Assembly: GCA_945919075.1 (NCBI GenBank)
Contig: CAMEIX010000016.1
Coordinates: 2,534 to 66,533 of the forward strand
DNA: 64,000 bases
From: an uncultured Lachnospiraceae bacterium
GTDB taxonomy: Bacteria > Bacillota > Clostridia > Lachnospirales > Lachnospiraceae
Reading direction: 5' to 3'
The notes under the pieces are model-generated. The model had not been told where the DNA came from. It worked only from the letters and a program-made list of their open reading frames with translations, and did no database searches. The position numbers were made by a program, and so were the translations under genes. Below, piece by piece: positions 16,401 to 27,442 of the stretch. How positions within the stretch are numbered: the stretch's first letter is position 1; each line of letters opens with the position of its first letter.

Positions 16401-18740
16401 ATGGACGATAGCGTAAAGATTCAGTTACCCACAGTAGCACTCAGGGGACTTACAATATTGCCCGGGATGGTTATACATTTTGACTTAAGCCGTGCAAAAT
16501 CCATTGCGGCGGCAGAAGAAGCCATGAGAAATGAGCAGGTCCTGTTTGTGGCAACGCAGAAAAATGAGGCCAAGGAAGATCCTTCCGCAAAGGATTTGTA
16601 CGAAATCGGTTCCATTACCCGCATCAAGCAGCTTGACAGGCTGTCCAACGGGCTTGTACGGGTTATGGTGGAGGCAGATGCAAGAGGAACTCTGGTAGAA
16701 CAGATAGAAGAAAATGATTATATTAAAGCCCTTGTTTCGGTCACCGAGGATTACCAGGATGTTGAAAAGAATGAGGAAATTGCCATGGTTCGCGAACTGC
16801 GCGGACTGCTGATTCGCTATGGACTGCTCTTTCCAAAATATACCAAAGTTCTGGAACGCAAAATTGAACTGGTGGAAAGCGTCTGCAGAACCTGTGATAT
16901 TATCGCATGCAGCCTGCCTTTTAAGAATATCGACAAACAGCGGATTTTATCGGCAGTTTCGGCAAGGGAACGCTATCGTATTACGACAGAAATCTTGCAA
17001 AATGAAATTGAAATAGGAAACATAAGAAAAGATTTGACAGAAAAATTGCAAAAAAGAGTCAATAAAAATCAGCGGGATTATGTCTTAAAAGAGCAGATGA
17101 ATGCGATTCGCGAGGAACTGGGAGATACGGACGCTGCTGTCTTTGAAGAGTATGAGCAGAAGTTAAGCCAACTAGAGGCGGGTAAGGAAGTCAAAGAGAA
17201 ACTGGAAGGTGAAATAAAGAGACTGAAGTCACTGCCCCAAAGCAGCTCGGAAAGTGCCGTAGAGCGTACCTATATTGAAACTTTACTGCAAATGCCCTGG
17301 GATAAGGAGAGCAAGGAAAATTATGATCTGAAGCGTGCCGAAAAAATTCTGGAAGAGGACCATTACGGTCTGGAAAAGGTAAAAGAAAGAATTCTGGAAT
17401 TTCTGGCAGTCAGAAGTATGAAGGCCAAAACAGGAAGTAAAACGGCTGAGGACAGTCCCATTCTTTGCCTTGTGGGACCTCCCGGTACGGGTAAGACCTC
17501 CATAGCAAAAAGTGTAGCAAGAGCCCTGAATAAAGAATATGTCCGTATCAGCTTAGGCGGCGTACGGGACGAGGCAGAGATACGCGGACACAGAAAGACC
17601 TATGTGGGTGCCATGCCCGGCAGAATTGCGGAAGGGATTAAACAGGCAGGGGTTGCCAATCCGCTTCTTTTACTCGATGAGATTGATAAAGTAAGCAGTG
17701 ATTACAAGGGCGATACCGCCTCTGCTCTTCTGGAAGTATTGGACAGTGAGCAGAACCACAAATTCCGTGATCATTATCTGGAGGTTCCGTTGGATCTTTC
17801 CAAGGTGTTATTTATTGCCACCGCCAATACCACCTCCACCATTGCCAAACCACTTCTCGACCGTATGGAACTGATTGAGGTAAACAGTTACACGGATAAT
17901 GAAAAATTACATATTGCGAAAAATTATCTGGTGAAAAAAACAATGGAAAAGAACGGCTTGACAAAGAAGATGTTTTCCATAAATGATGCGGCACTGGAAG
18001 CCATTATCGCAAACTATACAAAAGAAGCCGGTGTGCGTGAACTGGAACGTAAACTCTCCGAACTTGGCCGTAAGGCGGTTCGTGAACTTCTAAAAGAGGA
18101 AGAAAAAGACGCAAAGGTCAAAATTACATCCAAAAATCTGGAAGATTATTTAGGCAAGGAAAGGTATCATGTAAATCCTGCTAACGACAAGGATGAAGTG
18201 GGTCTGGTACGTGGTCTTGCGTGGACCACAGCAGGGGGAGAGACCCTGGAAATTGAGGTAAATATGATGCCGGGCAAAGGGGAAGTAAAACTGACCGGTC
18301 AGATGGGGGATGTGATGAAGGAATCTGCAATGGCAGGATTTACCTATGCACGTTCCGTAGGCAAAAAATACCATATCAATGCAGATGTATTTAAGAAAAA
18401 TGATTTTCACATTCATATACCCGAGGGCGCAGTTCCCAAGGATGGCCCCAGTGCCGGTATTACCATGGCACTGGCACTAATCTCCGTACTGACGGACAAA
18501 AAGGTTTCTGCCAAGGTTGCCATGACCGGTGAAATTACTCTTCGCGGGAGGGTGCTGCCCATCGGCGGATTAAAGGAGAAAATATTAGCTGCCAAAAAAG
18601 CCGGAATAAAAAAAATTCTGGTGCCGGCGGATAACGCCAAAGACGTGGAAGAGATTTCCGATGAAATCAAATCCGGGATGAAAATCTGTTTTGTGGAGCA
18701 GATGGAGGATGTAATCAAAGAAGCATTGGTGATGTCTTAA
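16401..18740 (+). CDS. lon: Endopeptidase La (LonA protease)
   Basis: Lon N-domain, Walker A GPPGTGKTS, protease motif PKDGPSAGITM. Confidence 0.97.
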   Translation: MDDSVKIQLPTVALRGLTILPGMVIHFDLSRAKSIAAAEEAMRNEQVLFVATQKNEAKEDPSAKDLYEIGSITRIKQLDRLSNGLVRVMVEADARGTLVEQIEENDYIKALVSVTEDYQDVEKNEEIAMVRELRGLLIRYGLLFPKYTKVLERKIELVESVCRTCDIIACSLPFKNIDKQRILSAVSARERYRITTEILQNEIEIGNIRKDLTEKLQKRVNKNQRDYVLKEQMNAIREELGDTDAAVFEEYEQKLSQLEAGKEVKEKLEGEIKRLKSLPQSSSESAVERTYIETLLQMPWDKESKENYDLKRAEKILEEDHYGLEKVKERILEFLAVRSMKAKTGSKTAEDSPILCLVGPPGTGKTSIAKSVARALNKEYVRISLGGVRDEAEIRGHRKTYVGAMPGRIAEGIKQAGVANPLLLLDEIDKVSSDYKGDTASALLEVLDSEQNHKFRDHYLEVPLDLSKVLFIATANTTSTIAKPLLDRMELIEVNSYTDNEKLHIAKNYLVKKTMEKNGLTKKMFSINDAALEAIIANYTKEAGVRELERKLSELGRKAVRELLKEEEKDAKVKITSKNLEDYLGKERYHVNPANDKDEVGLVRGLAWTTAGGETLEIEVNMMPGKGEVKLTGQMGDVMKESAMAGFTYARSVGKKYHINADVFKKNDFHIHIPEGAVPKDGPSAGITMALALISVLTDKKVSAKVAMTGEITLRGRVLPIGGLKEKILAAKKAGIKKILVPADNAKDVEEISDEIKSGMKICFVEQMEDVIKEALVMS

Positions 18741-18787
18741 CTGTATTAGCAGTGTTTTCAGTGTTCTATTAAGGAAGAGGAAAGAAA

Positions 18788-19384
18788 ATGATTATCAAAA
18801 ACGTAGCATTGGAAAATGTTTGCGGTATTACAAGTAAATTACCGGACAACAAATATCCGGAGGTTGCCTTTGCAGGAAAAAGTAATGTGGGGAAATCCTC
18901 TCTCATCAATGCCCTGATGAATCGGAAATCCCTTGCAAGAACCAGTGCCCAGCCGGGAAAGACGCAGACAATCAATTTTTATAATGTAAACGACCGGATA
19001 TACTTTGTGGACCTGCCCGGCTATGGCTACGCACGTGCCAATGAGGAAGTCAAAGCAAAATGGGGCAAAATGATCGAGGATTATCTGCACAAATCCAGAC
19101 AGCTGAAAGTTGTATTTCTCCTCATCGACATTCGTCATAAACCGGGAGAAAATGATTGTATCATGTATGACTGGATTTTGAGGCAGGGTTATGAGCCGGT
19201 TATTATTGCAACCAAACTGGATAAGATCAAAAGAAGCCAGATTGATAAACAGAAAAAACTGATAAGGGAAGCCCTGGGGGCTTCCAAAGAAACCATCATC
19301 ATTCCTTTCTCTGCCGAAACAAAGCAGGGCAGAGAAGAAATCTATGAGATCATTGACGGATATCTCCCGGAGGAAGAAGCATGA
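18788..19384 (+). CDS. engB: Ribosome-biogenesis GTPase YihA/YsxC (EngB)
   Basis: G1 GKSNVGKSSLINAL, G3 DLPGYG, G4 TKLDK. The usual position after lon. Confidence 0.93.
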   Translation: MIIKNVALENVCGITSKLPDNKYPEVAFAGKSNVGKSSLINALMNRKSLARTSAQPGKTQTINFYNVNDRIYFVDLPGYGYARANEEVKAKWGKMIEDYLHKSRQLKVVFLLIDIRHKPGENDCIMYDWILRQGYEPVIIATKLDKIKRSQIDKQKKLIREALGASKETIIIPFSAETKQGREEIYEIIDGYLPEEEA

Positions 19385-20595
19385 ATGCATCAGTAAAACG
19401 TTATGTAAAAGCAGTTTTAAATCTGATTATTTCCGTTTTGATTCTGCTTGCGGTTCTTTTTCTGTTACCCAAAGCACTGGTCTATTTTCTGCCCTTTATC
19501 GCAGCATGGCTGATTGCCTGTATTGCAGCTCCCATGGTTCGGTTTCTGGAACAGAAGTTAAAGATTAAGCGAAAAGCCGGCGGTGCGGTGGTAATCATCC
19601 TGGTTATCAGCACGGTAGCACTTCTTTTATATCTGTTGGGTGCCATGCTGGTAAGGGAAGCATTCCGCTTTTCCAATGAAATTCCGGAACTGTGGAAGAG
19701 TGCGGAGAGAGAAATAGCCAATGCCACCGGAAGCCTGTCAAAATTCTATGACAAACTATCTCCCGAAATTCAGGACAAGATCGATATGCTTGGGGAGAAT
19801 ATCGGAGAGTGGTCGGGAGATGTATTGACAAAGCTTGCCAGCCCCACCATTACAGCGGTAGGCAATGTGGCAAAGCAGATTCCTACTGTGATTATCGGTA
19901 TCGTGATCTGCCTATTGTCCTCTTACTTTTTTGTGGCAGAAAAAAATGAATTGCGTAGATTTTTGTCAGACCATATGCCGAAAACACTCATTCACCGTTA
20001 CCATATCATCCGGAACAGTCTCGGAAAAGCGGTTGGCGGGTATATGAAAGCGCAGCTTATGATCGAGTTCTGGATATACCTGATTTTGATTGCCGGCTTC
20101 TTTGTTTTACAGGTCAATTATCCGTTCTGGATTGCTTTTGGAATAGCAATTCTGGATATTCTGCCCTTCTTCGGAACCGGTACTGCTATGGTTCCCTGGG
20201 CTGTCATCAAGCTCTTAAACGGCGAATATCCTTTTGCCATAGGAATGATGGTTCTCTGGGCATTCAGCCAGCTTGTACGACAGATTATCCAGCCGAAAAT
20301 TTTGGGCGATTCCGTGGGTATGCCGCCCATTCCTACTTTGTTTTTACTTTACATCGGATACATGGAAGCCGGTGTCATCGGTATGATTATTGCAGTACCC
20401 GTGGGTCTTATTTTCTGGACCATGTATAAAGAAGGACTTTTTGCCACTACCCTTGACAGCGCACAGATTCTGATTTGCGGACTGAACCGGTTCAGACACC
20501 TGACGGAGCAGGACAAAGAGGTCATCACCGCTTATAAAAAGGAATGTGAGGAAGAAGAAAATAAGGATTCAGGAAATGAAAAACAGAAATTTTAA
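19381..20595 (+). CDS. AI-2E family (PerM/YtvI-like) integral membrane protein
   Basis: Multi-TM protein with C-terminal conserved region ILDILPFFGTGTAMVPWA. Its start overlaps the engB stop (ATGA). Confidence 0.75.
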   Translation: MNASVKRYVKAVLNLIISVLILLAVLFLLPKALVYFLPFIAAWLIACIAAPMVRFLEQKLKIKRKAGGAVVIILVISTVALLLYLLGAMLVREAFRFSNEIPELWKSAEREIANATGSLSKFYDKLSPEIQDKIDMLGENIGEWSGDVLTKLASPTITAVGNVAKQIPTVIIGIVICLLSSYFFVAEKNELRRFLSDHMPKTLIHRYHIIRNSLGKAVGGYMKAQLMIEFWIYLILIAGFFVLQVNYPFWIAFGIAILDILPFFGTGTAMVPWAVIKLLNGEYPFAIGMMVLWAFSQLVRQIIQPKILGDSVGMPPIPTLFLLYIGYMEAGVIGMIIAVPVGLIFWTMYKEGLFATTLDSAQILICGLNRFRHLTEQDKEVITAYKKECEEEENKDSGNEKQKF

Positions 20596-21319
20596 GATGG
20601 TTCTTCAATATGAAGGGACCCGCTATCAGGGATGGCAGAAGCAGGAGAGCACGGACAATACCATACAGGGAAAAATCGAAAAACTGCTTTCCAAAATGTG
20701 CGGGGAGACAGTGGAGATACAGGGCAGCGGAAGAACGGATGCGGGAGTTCATGCGCTTGGGCAGGTAATGAATGCCCATTTAAACACCGATCTGTCTGCG
20801 GAAGAAATTATGGAATATATGAACCGGTATCTTCCGGAAGATATCGGGGTGGTGGAGATTTGTGAGGTTTCGGACCGCTTTCACAGCAGATTAAACGCCA
20901 AAGGGAAAACCTATCGTTATCAGGTGATTAACAGCAGGATTCCCCATGTTTTTGAACGGAGGTATGCCTATGTATTTCCGGAAAAGCTGGATGTGGAAAA
21001 GATGAGGAAGGCAGCAGAAATCCTATGCGGAACCCATGATTTTGCGGCGTTTACGTCTGCGAAAAAGAGCAAAAAAAGTACGGTCCGCACCATAGAAAGC
21101 ATCATCATCGAAAAAAGCGGGGACATGATTACTTTCACCTTTACCGGGGACGGTTTTTTGTTTCATATGGTAAGAATTCTCATGGGTACCTTGTTACTTG
21201 TGGGAACTTGTGCTACAATACCCGAAGATGTGGAGAAAATTCTTTCTTCCAAAAATAGAAGCGAAGCAGGGCCTTTGGTTCCTGCACACGGACTTACATT
21301 GGTTGAGGTAAGATATTAA
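20576..21319 (+). CDS. truA: tRNA pseudouridine(38-40) synthase
   Basis: VLQYEGTRYQGWQKQ and GSGRTDAGVHALGQV (catalytic Asp). The start is chosen at ATG 20576; 20546 and 20597 are alternatives. Confidence 0.93.
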   Translation: MKNRNFKMVLQYEGTRYQGWQKQESTDNTIQGKIEKLLSKMCGETVEIQGSGRTDAGVHALGQVMNAHLNTDLSAEEIMEYMNRYLPEDIGVVEICEVSDRFHSRLNAKGKTYRYQVINSRIPHVFERRYAYVFPEKLDVEKMRKAAEILCGTHDFAAFTSAKKSKKSTVRTIESIIIEKSGDMITFTFTGDGFLFHMVRILMGTLLLVGTCATIPEDVEKILSSKNRSEAGPLVPAHGLTLVEVRY

Positions 21320-21801
21320 TGATGAAAAAAAAGAGCGTAATGCTACTCTTTCTTCTATACATCCTGATTTTGATTAAACTGATTGTATTCAAATACCCGG
21401 TTGAGACAATGATTGGAATTATGCAAAACTGGAGCAAGGATGTTTTGTGGGAAGGTGCGGCAAGCGCAAATTATACATTGTTCAAAACAATCAAATTATA
21501 TATCAGGCATTGGAACAATCTGGGCATGATCAGCTTCGGTAATCTGGTGGGAAATGTGGTCTTATTTATTCCTCTCGGATATTTTCTCCCAAGATTATTT
21601 CGGACCATGAACAATTTCTTTTTGTGCATGTTTACTGCACTAACCTTTATTTTGGGAATTGAAATGTTCCAGTTAATCAGTAATTTTGGCATTTTTGATG
21701 TGGATGATATTTTCTTAAACGGGTGTGGCGTAGTAATCGGATATGTAGGTTACAGGGGGCTTCGCAGAGTTCATAAAAAAATGAATACGGAAAAGGAATA
21801 A
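21319..21801 (+). CDS. VanZ-like family membrane protein
   Basis: Four TM segments with the C-terminal VanZ-type motif FDVDDIFLNGCGVVIGY. TAATG overlap with truA. Confidence 0.75.
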   Translation: MMKKKSVMLLFLLYILILIKLIVFKYPVETMIGIMQNWSKDVLWEGAASANYTLFKTIKLYIRHWNNLGMISFGNLVGNVVLFIPLGYFLPRLFRTMNNFFLCMFTALTFILGIEMFQLISNFGIFDVDDIFLNGCGVVIGYVGYRGLRRVHKKMNTEKE

Positions 21802-21981
21802 ACAGCATTTCTTGCAAAATTCCGTTATCAGAGCAGAATGGGAAAGAAATGCTTTTCTTTTTGCTGAAATTGTATTATAATGTAATTCTAATAAATTGAA
21901 TCTAAAATTTTCCTGTCTTTCCATAAAATCCCAACACAAAAGTAGATAATTACAGATTGTATAAACGGAGGATTAGCGTAT

Positions 21982-23397
21982 ATGAGAGAAAAGTATGAAT
22001 CTCTGCCTTTAACACAGCTTAAGGAACTTGCAAAGGTTCGTGGCATTAAAGGTATTTCAACCATGAATAAAGCAGAAGTGGTAGAAGCCATGCTTTTGAT
22101 GGACGAAAAAGAAAAGGATAATGCACAAAAGTCTGCAACCGAGGCCCCTAAGACTGCAACCGAGGTATCGAAGAACGCGAATGAAACACCGAAACCGTCT
22201 ACAGAGACACCGAAACCGGCTGCGGACAGAAATGCGGTTTATGATGCTAATTCGTTTCCTGCAGAATTAGACAGTGGGCAGGAAGCAAATGGTATTCTGG
22301 AAGTCATGCCCGATGGTTACGGCTTTATCCGAAGTGCCAATTATATGCCGGGCGATAATGATGTTTATGTGGCACCGAGTCAGATCAGACGTTTCGGACT
22401 GAAAACCGGTGATATTCTGGTAGGTAATAAAAGAACCAAAACCATGCAGGAAAAATTCAGCGCACTTCTGTATGTGAAGACCGTAAACGGATTCCCTCCC
22501 GAAGCCGCTGCAAAGAGGAAAAACTTTGAAGATATGATTCCAATTTTCCCGGATGAAAGAATCCGATTAGAAGTGCCGGGAGCCGGGATTGCCATGCGTG
22601 TCATGGATTTGGTGAGTCCCATCGGTAAGGGACAGAGAGGGATGATTGTATCCCCTCCCAAAGCCGGTAAGACAACCCTTCTTAAGCAGGTGGCAAAGTC
22701 CATCTTAAAGAACGAGCCGAAAATGCATATGCTGATTCTTCTGATTGACGAGCGTCCGGAAGAAGTAACCGATATTAAAGAAGCCATTGAAGGAGATAAT
22801 GTGGAAGTGATTTATTCCACCTTTGATGAACTTCCGGAACATCACAAAAGAGTTTCCGAAATGGTCATTGAACGCGCCAAAAGACTGGTGGAGCATGGAA
22901 TGGATGTGGTGATTCTGTTAGACAGTATTACCCGTCTTACCCGTGCGTACAACCTGGTTGTGGCTCCCAGCGGACGTACCCTGTCCGGTGGTCTGGATCC
23001 GGCGGCTCTTCATATGCCGAAACGTTTCTTTGGTGCTGCGAGAAATCTTAGAAACGGCGGCAGCCTTACCATTCTGGCAACCGCACTTGTGGAAACCGGG
23101 TCCAAGATGGATGATGTGGTATACGAAGAGTTTAAGGGTACCGGTAATATGGAAATGGTGCTTGACAGGAAACTTTCCGAAAAGCGGATTTTCCCTGCCA
23201 TCGATCTTCAGAAATCCAGCACCAGACGAGAGGATTTACTTCTTTCCGATATGGAACAGGAGGCAATCAATATCATGAGAAGAGCCTTGAACGGAGTGAA
23301 ATCCGATGAGGCTACGGACCGTATTCTGGAGGAATTTTCCAAGAGCAGAAATAACACCGAACTGGTAAAAGAAGTCATTAAGCGGAAGTTTATTTAA
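21982..23397 (+). CDS. rho: Transcription termination factor Rho (with low-complexity N-terminal insertion)
   Basis: N-terminus [18 protein letters not shown]-binding domain [15 protein letters not shown], Walker [11 protein letters not shown]. Confidence 0.97.
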   Translation: MREKYESLPLTQLKELAKVRGIKGISTMNKAEVVEAMLLMDEKEKDNAQKSATEAPKTATEVSKNANETPKPSTETPKPAADRNAVYDANSFPAELDSGQEANGILEVMPDGYGFIRSANYMPGDNDVYVAPSQIRRFGLKTGDILVGNKRTKTMQEKFSALLYVKTVNGFPPEAAAKRKNFEDMIPIFPDERIRLEVPGAGIAMRVMDLVSPIGKGQRGMIVSPPKAGKTTLLKQVAKSILKNEPKMHMLILLIDERPEEVTDIKEAIEGDNVEVIYSTFDELPEHHKRVSEMVIERAKRLVEHGMDVVILLDSITRLTRAYNLVVAPSGRTLSGGLDPAALHMPKRFFGAARNLRNGGSLTILATALVETGSKMDDVVYEEFKGTGNMEMVLDRKLSEKRIFPAIDLQKSSTRREDLLLSDMEQEAINIMRRALNGVKSDEATDRILEEFSKSRNNTELVKEVIKRKFI

Positions 23398-23404
23398 AAA
23401 ACGC

Positions 23405-23433
23405 TTGCAAACTGCGGTTTTACGTGTTACAAT
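23405..23433 (+). promoter_or_regulatory. Putative promoter of rpmE
   Basis: TTGCAA, 17 nt, TACAAT. Confidence 0.5.
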
Positions 23434-23502
23434 AACAACGCTGTTTGTGGGTGCATAAGCAGTGCGGATGAGAACAGAACAAATTGACTTAACTATAGAG
23501 AG

Positions 23503-23718
23503 GTGAAAAAGATGAAAGAAGGAATCCATCCCCAGTATTATCAGGCAACCGTTACTTGCAACTGTGGCAACACTTTTGTTACCGGTTCCACTAAACCTGA
23601 AATCCACGTAGAAGTATGCTCCAAATGTCATTCATTCTACACAGGCCAGCAGAAATCTGCAAGAGCTGACGGACGTATTGACAAGTTCAATAAGAAGTAC
23701 GGTGTGGAAAGCAAATAG
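23503..23718 (+). CDS. rpmE: 50S ribosomal protein L31 (Zn-binding type)
   Basis: [10 protein letters not shown]...CNCGN...[10 protein letters not shown]. The true start may be the ATG at 23512. Confidence 0.95.
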   Translation: MKKMKEGIHPQYYQATVTCNCGNTFVTGSTKPEIHVEVCSKCHSFYTGQQKSARADGRIDKFNKKYGVESK

Positions 23719-23740
23719 TTTTTCCGTAAATAAGATTTCT

Positions 23741-23770
23741 AAAAGGTTGAGGTGTATATCTCAACCTTTT
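23741..23770 (+). terminator. Rho-independent terminator after rpmE
   Basis: AAAAGGTTGAG-loop-CTCAACCTTTT hairpin followed by T-rich sequence. Confidence 0.8.
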
Positions 23771-23837
23771 ATGGTTTATAGCACAATTAAGTGATAAACA
23801 AAATTGTGCTATGCAAGAGTTTTGAAAGGAAACGAAA

Positions 23838-24941
23838 ATGGCTAAGAAAAAAACAGGACACTACTCCGGAATCGGCGGACAGGCGGTTTTGGAAGGTGTT
23901 ATGATGAAAAATAAAGATAAATATGCCGTAGCGGTAAGAAAGCCGAACGGAGAGATTACGATAGATATCGAAACTTACCGGGAAATGGCAGGCGGGGTAA
24001 ATAAAATCCCTTTTGTCCGTGGGATTTTCAACTTTGTCGATTTCCTCAAGCTGGGAACAAAGGCACTGAATTTTTCTGCTGATTTCTACGAAGAGGAAGA
24101 AGAACAGGAAACCAAATTTGACCGTTTTCTGAACAAAGTCACCGGAGGAAAAGCGGAGCAGGTAATTACCACCTTTGTGATGATTCTTTCCCTGGTTCTG
24201 GCAGTCGGAATTTTTATTGTGCTGCCTTACTTTATTACCTCCTTTTTTAAGGAGTATGTACGCAGCGCCATTCTGATGAACATCATCGAGGGGGCTATCC
24301 GTATTGTTATTTTTCTTTTGTATGTGGTAGCCATAACCGCCATGAAGGATATCAGACGCCTTTATAAGTATCATGGGGCAGAACATAAATGTATCAACTG
24401 CATCGAAAGAGGTAAGCCTCTTACCGTGAGAAATGCGATGAACAGCTCCAGACTTCATAAACGCTGTGGCACCAGTTTTATGTTTTTTGTAATGTTTGTA
24501 AGTATTATTTTATTCTTCTTCATTCAGGTGCAAAATCCGGTACTTAAGGTAGTGCTGCGCATTTTGTTAATCCCCGTAATTGCCGGAATTTCTTATGAAA
24601 TCATTCGCCTTGCGGGAAGAAGCAACAATATTTTTGTACGGATTCTTTCGGCTCCGGGGATGTTGATTCAGCGTCTTACCACCAAGGAACCGGATAAAGA
24701 TATGATTGAGGTTGCCATTGCCTCCGTGGAAGCGGTTTATGACTGGAAGCAGTTTTTAATTGATGAGTTTGATTATTCCCCAAGCGATTTTTCGGATGAT
24801 GTAAGCGAGGCTGATTCGGAGGATGAGGAAGCGGATTCTGATGAGAGCAAGCCGGATTTTGAAGATGATAAGTCTGCGGACAGCTACTATTTTGATGAGG
24901 AAGAAGAGGAGATTTTCCCGATGGGAGATAAGAAATTATGA
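23838..24941 (+). CDS. DUF1385-like membrane protein with acidic C-terminal tail
   Basis: The GIGGQAVLEGVMMKN N-terminus and YHGAEHK motif are typical of DUF1385 genes found next to prmC. The C-terminal 60 aa are D/E-rich. Confidence 0.8.
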   Translation: MAKKKTGHYSGIGGQAVLEGVMMKNKDKYAVAVRKPNGEITIDIETYREMAGGVNKIPFVRGIFNFVDFLKLGTKALNFSADFYEEEEEQETKFDRFLNKVTGGKAEQVITTFVMILSLVLAVGIFIVLPYFITSFFKEYVRSAILMNIIEGAIRIVIFLLYVVAITAMKDIRRLYKYHGAEHKCINCIERGKPLTVRNAMNSSRLHKRCGTSFMFFVMFVSIILFFFIQVQNPVLKVVLRILLIPVIAGISYEIIRLAGRSNNIFVRILSAPGMLIQRLTTKEPDKDMIEVAIASVEAVYDWKQFLIDEFDYSPSDFSDDVSEADSEDEEADSDESKPDFEDDKSADSYYFDEEEEEIFPMGDKKL

Positions 24942-25870
24942 CCTACAGGGAGTGTTATCTCTTCGGATGTCAGGAACTGAAAGAAGCCGGGATAGCCGAG
25001 TATGAACTAGACAGCAGACTGCTTTTGGAGGATATCTGCAACAGTGATTATAATACCCTGATACTGGATGGGAACAGGATTGTAGACGATGCAGACCGGA
25101 AGCGTTTCGAGGAAGCAATCGGGAAACGAAAAACCCATATTCCCCTACAGCATATTACAGGGAAACAGGATTTTTGCGGACTGACCTTTCAGGTAAATGA
25201 GCATGTGCTCATCCCAAGACAGGATACGGAGATTCTGGTGGAAGAGGCACTGGCGCATTTAAAACCCGGAATGCATATTTTGGATATGTGTACCGGCTCC
25301 GGATGTATTCTGATCAGCCTTCTTGCTCTCGGAAAAGGGAAAAACGTCACCGGTGTGGGAGCGGATCTATCCGAGGAAGCCCTGAAAGTGGCAAATCACA
25401 ACGCAGAGGTTCTGCTGGGAGTCGGAAAAAGTGTTTCAGATGACGGTGAAGCTGTTTTAGGCGACTGTGCATTCAGGAAAAGCGACCTTTTTTCAGCTTT
25501 TTACAGCGAGGAAAAGTCTAAGAAACATAATGGATGTGGCACACCGGAGCAATTTGACATGATTGTGTCCAATCCACCCTATATTGCAACAAAAGAAATA
25601 GACGAACTGATGCCCGAGGTGCGGATACACGAACCGCTTATGGCGCTGGACGGTAAAGAGGACGGTTTGTTCTTTTACCGGAGAATTGTAAACGAGGCAG
25701 GAGATTTCCTAAAAGAGGGTGGTTATCTTTTTTTGGAAATCGGTTATGACCAGGGGCCGGCGGTATCGGAAATGATGCAGCAAAACGGTTATCAGGACGT
25801 AAATATAAAGAAAGATTATGCGGGTCTTAATCGCGTGGTCTTTGGCAGGAAAGGAAAGAAAAATGTTTGA
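24938..25870 (+). CDS. prmC: Release-factor glutamine N5-methyltransferase
   Basis: SAM motif [10 protein letters not shown] and catalytic NPPY (VSNPPYI). ATGA overlap with the upstream gene. Confidence 0.93.
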   Translation: MTYRECYLFGCQELKEAGIAEYELDSRLLLEDICNSDYNTLILDGNRIVDDADRKRFEEAIGKRKTHIPLQHITGKQDFCGLTFQVNEHVLIPRQDTEILVEEALAHLKPGMHILDMCTGSGCILISLLALGKGKNVTGVGADLSEEALKVANHNAEVLLGVGKSVSDDGEAVLGDCAFRKSDLFSAFYSEEKSKKHNGCGTPEQFDMIVSNPPYIATKEIDELMPEVRIHEPLMALDGKEDGLFFYRRIVNEAGDFLKEGGYLFLEIGYDQGPAVSEMMQQNGYQDVNIKKDYAGLNRVVFGRKGKKNV

Positions 25871-26933
25871 CAAATTAGATGATTTACTGAGACGTTATGA
25901 GGAAATCATGAACGAACTGCATGAGCCGGATGTGGCAAACGACCAAAAACGTTACCGCAGTCTGATGAAAGAGCAGAGTAATCTGACACCCATCGTGGAG
26001 GCTTACAGCGAATACAAAAAGTGCAAGGAAACGGTGGAAGATTCCCTTGCCATGTTGGAAGAAGAAAGTGACGAAGAAATGCGGGAAATGCTGAAGGAAG
26101 AACTCTCCGACAGCAGAAAACGCATAGAGGAACTGGAAACAGAATTGAAGATTCTGCTTCTTCCCAAGGACCCTAATGATGATAAAAATGTTATCGTGGA
26201 AATCCGTGCCGGCGCAGGTGGTGACGAATCCGCTCTTTTCGCAGCTGAGATCTATCGTATGTATGTGCATTATGCGGAAAGCCAGAGGTGGAAGGTGGAA
26301 CTGGTAAGCTGCGATGAAATCGGAATCGGCGGTATGAAGGAAGTGACCTTCATGATTAGCGGACAGGGTGCTTATTCCAAAATGAAATATGAAAGCGGTG
26401 TGCACCGCGTGCAGAGAGTACCGGAAACCGAATCCGGCGGGCGAATTCATACCTCCACCATTACCGTGGCAGTTATGCCGGAAGCGGAGGAAGTGGATGT
26501 AGTCATTGATGAGAAGGATATCCGTATCGATGTAATGCGTGCTTCCGGTAACGGTGGACAGTGCGTTAACACCACGGATTCCGCAGTGCGTCTGACCCAT
26601 TATCCTACCGGAATTGTGGTTTACAGCCAGACCGAGAAATCCCAGTTGCAGAATAAGGCAAAGGCGTTTGCCCTCCTTCGTGCAAAACTTTACGACATTG
26701 AACAGCAGAAGGCACATGATGCCGAAGCAGAGCTTCGCCGCAGCCAGGTAGGTACCGGCGACCGCTCCGAAAAAATCAGAACCTACAACTTCCCGCAGGG
26801 CCGTGTGACCGACCATCGTATCGGCCTCACCCTCTACAAACTGGATAAGATTATGAACGGCGATATCCAGGAAATCATCGATGCCTGCATCGCAGCCGAC
26901 CAAGCAGCGAAACTGGCAAAGATGAATGAATAA
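25863..26933 (+). CDS. prfA: Peptide chain release factor 1
   Basis: [18 protein letters not shown] tripeptide (VQRVPETES), GGQ motif ([11 protein letters not shown]). The start at 25863 overlaps the prmC stop. Confidence 0.96.
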   Translation: MFDKLDDLLRRYEEIMNELHEPDVANDQKRYRSLMKEQSNLTPIVEAYSEYKKCKETVEDSLAMLEEESDEEMREMLKEELSDSRKRIEELETELKILLLPKDPNDDKNVIVEIRAGAGGDESALFAAEIYRMYVHYAESQRWKVELVSCDEIGIGGMKEVTFMISGQGAYSKMKYESGVHRVQRVPETESGGRIHTSTITVAVMPEAEEVDVVIDEKDIRIDVMRASGNGGQCVNTTDSAVRLTHYPTGIVVYSQTEKSQLQNKAKAFALLRAKLYDIEQQKAHDAEAELRRSQVGTGDRSEKIRTYNFPQGRVTDHRIGLTLYKLDKIMNGDIQEIIDACIAADQAAKLAKMNE

Positions 26934-27054
26934 CACGATGGAGCGAAGCGGAATTGAGGTGGGCGTTCGTGCTATTCATTTAGCATAAAATAGGGGAGAA
27001 AGCCCAAGTATTGGTGCAAGTTTGAAAATTAGATAATGAGATGTAAAAATGAGG

Positions 27055-27095
27055 TGCTCTATATCAGTTTAAGCGGCTGATATAGAGCATTTTTT
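27055..27095 (+). terminator. Rho-independent terminator about 120 nt after prfA
   Basis: TGCTCTATATCAG-9 nt-CTGATATAGAGCA hairpin followed by T6. Confidence 0.85.
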
Positions 27096-27155
27096 GTGTG
27101 GATTTTCGGTGAGGATCTTGGTGGCAAAGACTGCACAACCGGCGTAAAAGTGGAG

Positions 27156-27184
27156 TTGTGGAAATAGTTTGGGTGATATATAAT
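27156..27184 (+). promoter_or_regulatory. Promoter-like element inside the 1-kb non-coding gap
   Basis: TTGTGG, 17 nt, TATAAT. Confidence 0.35.
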
Positions 27185-27190
27185 AAATAA

Positions 27191-27442
27191 TATAAATTCC
27201 CAGTTTATCGCGGTGCCCATTCGCATTTTGCTGCGCTTCATGCTCATGACGCGCTGTCGGGCTATGTGTCTGTTCATATGAATGTGCATTTGTGAGTAAA
27301 CTCCCATGCACATTCATGCTCCATCCTCGCATCGCTCGTAGAAACGCGCAAATTGGAATTGACCGATCTCTTTAGGGCGAGAGATGCTCGAAGGGCTGTA
27401 ATAAGCGTTTTTTTCTATGTATGCAAAAAACGCTGAGTTTTT
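27191..27442 (+). ncRNA. Candidate about 250-nt structured non-coding transcript (hypothetical)
   Basis: The span runs from the promoter-like element to a hairpin AGCGTTTTTT-11 nt-AAAAAACGCT (27404-27434) plus GAGTTTTT. It also contains a 12-bp hairpin (27278-27289/27306-27317) and ATCTCT-8 nt-AGAGAT. There are only tiny ORFs, none with an SD. Confidence 0.3.
27211..27229 (+). repeat. 19-nt direct repeat copy 1 (GCGGTGCCCATTCGCATTT), a short relic of a CAT-like 5' segment
   Basis: Identical 19-mer recurs at 27834-27852, where it leads into the longer CAT-like fragment. Confidence 0.8.

Noticed and set aside
25884-26936. Long antisense ORFs from the track: 350 aa opposite prfA. Similar cases are 23787-24458, 10542-11117, 33940-34521, 38174-38932, 45090-45800, 60736-61326 and 18839-19390.
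   Set aside because: Each lies fully inside a strongly supported gene on the other strand. They have no SD and low-complexity or nonsense-looking composition. They are typical shadow ORFs.
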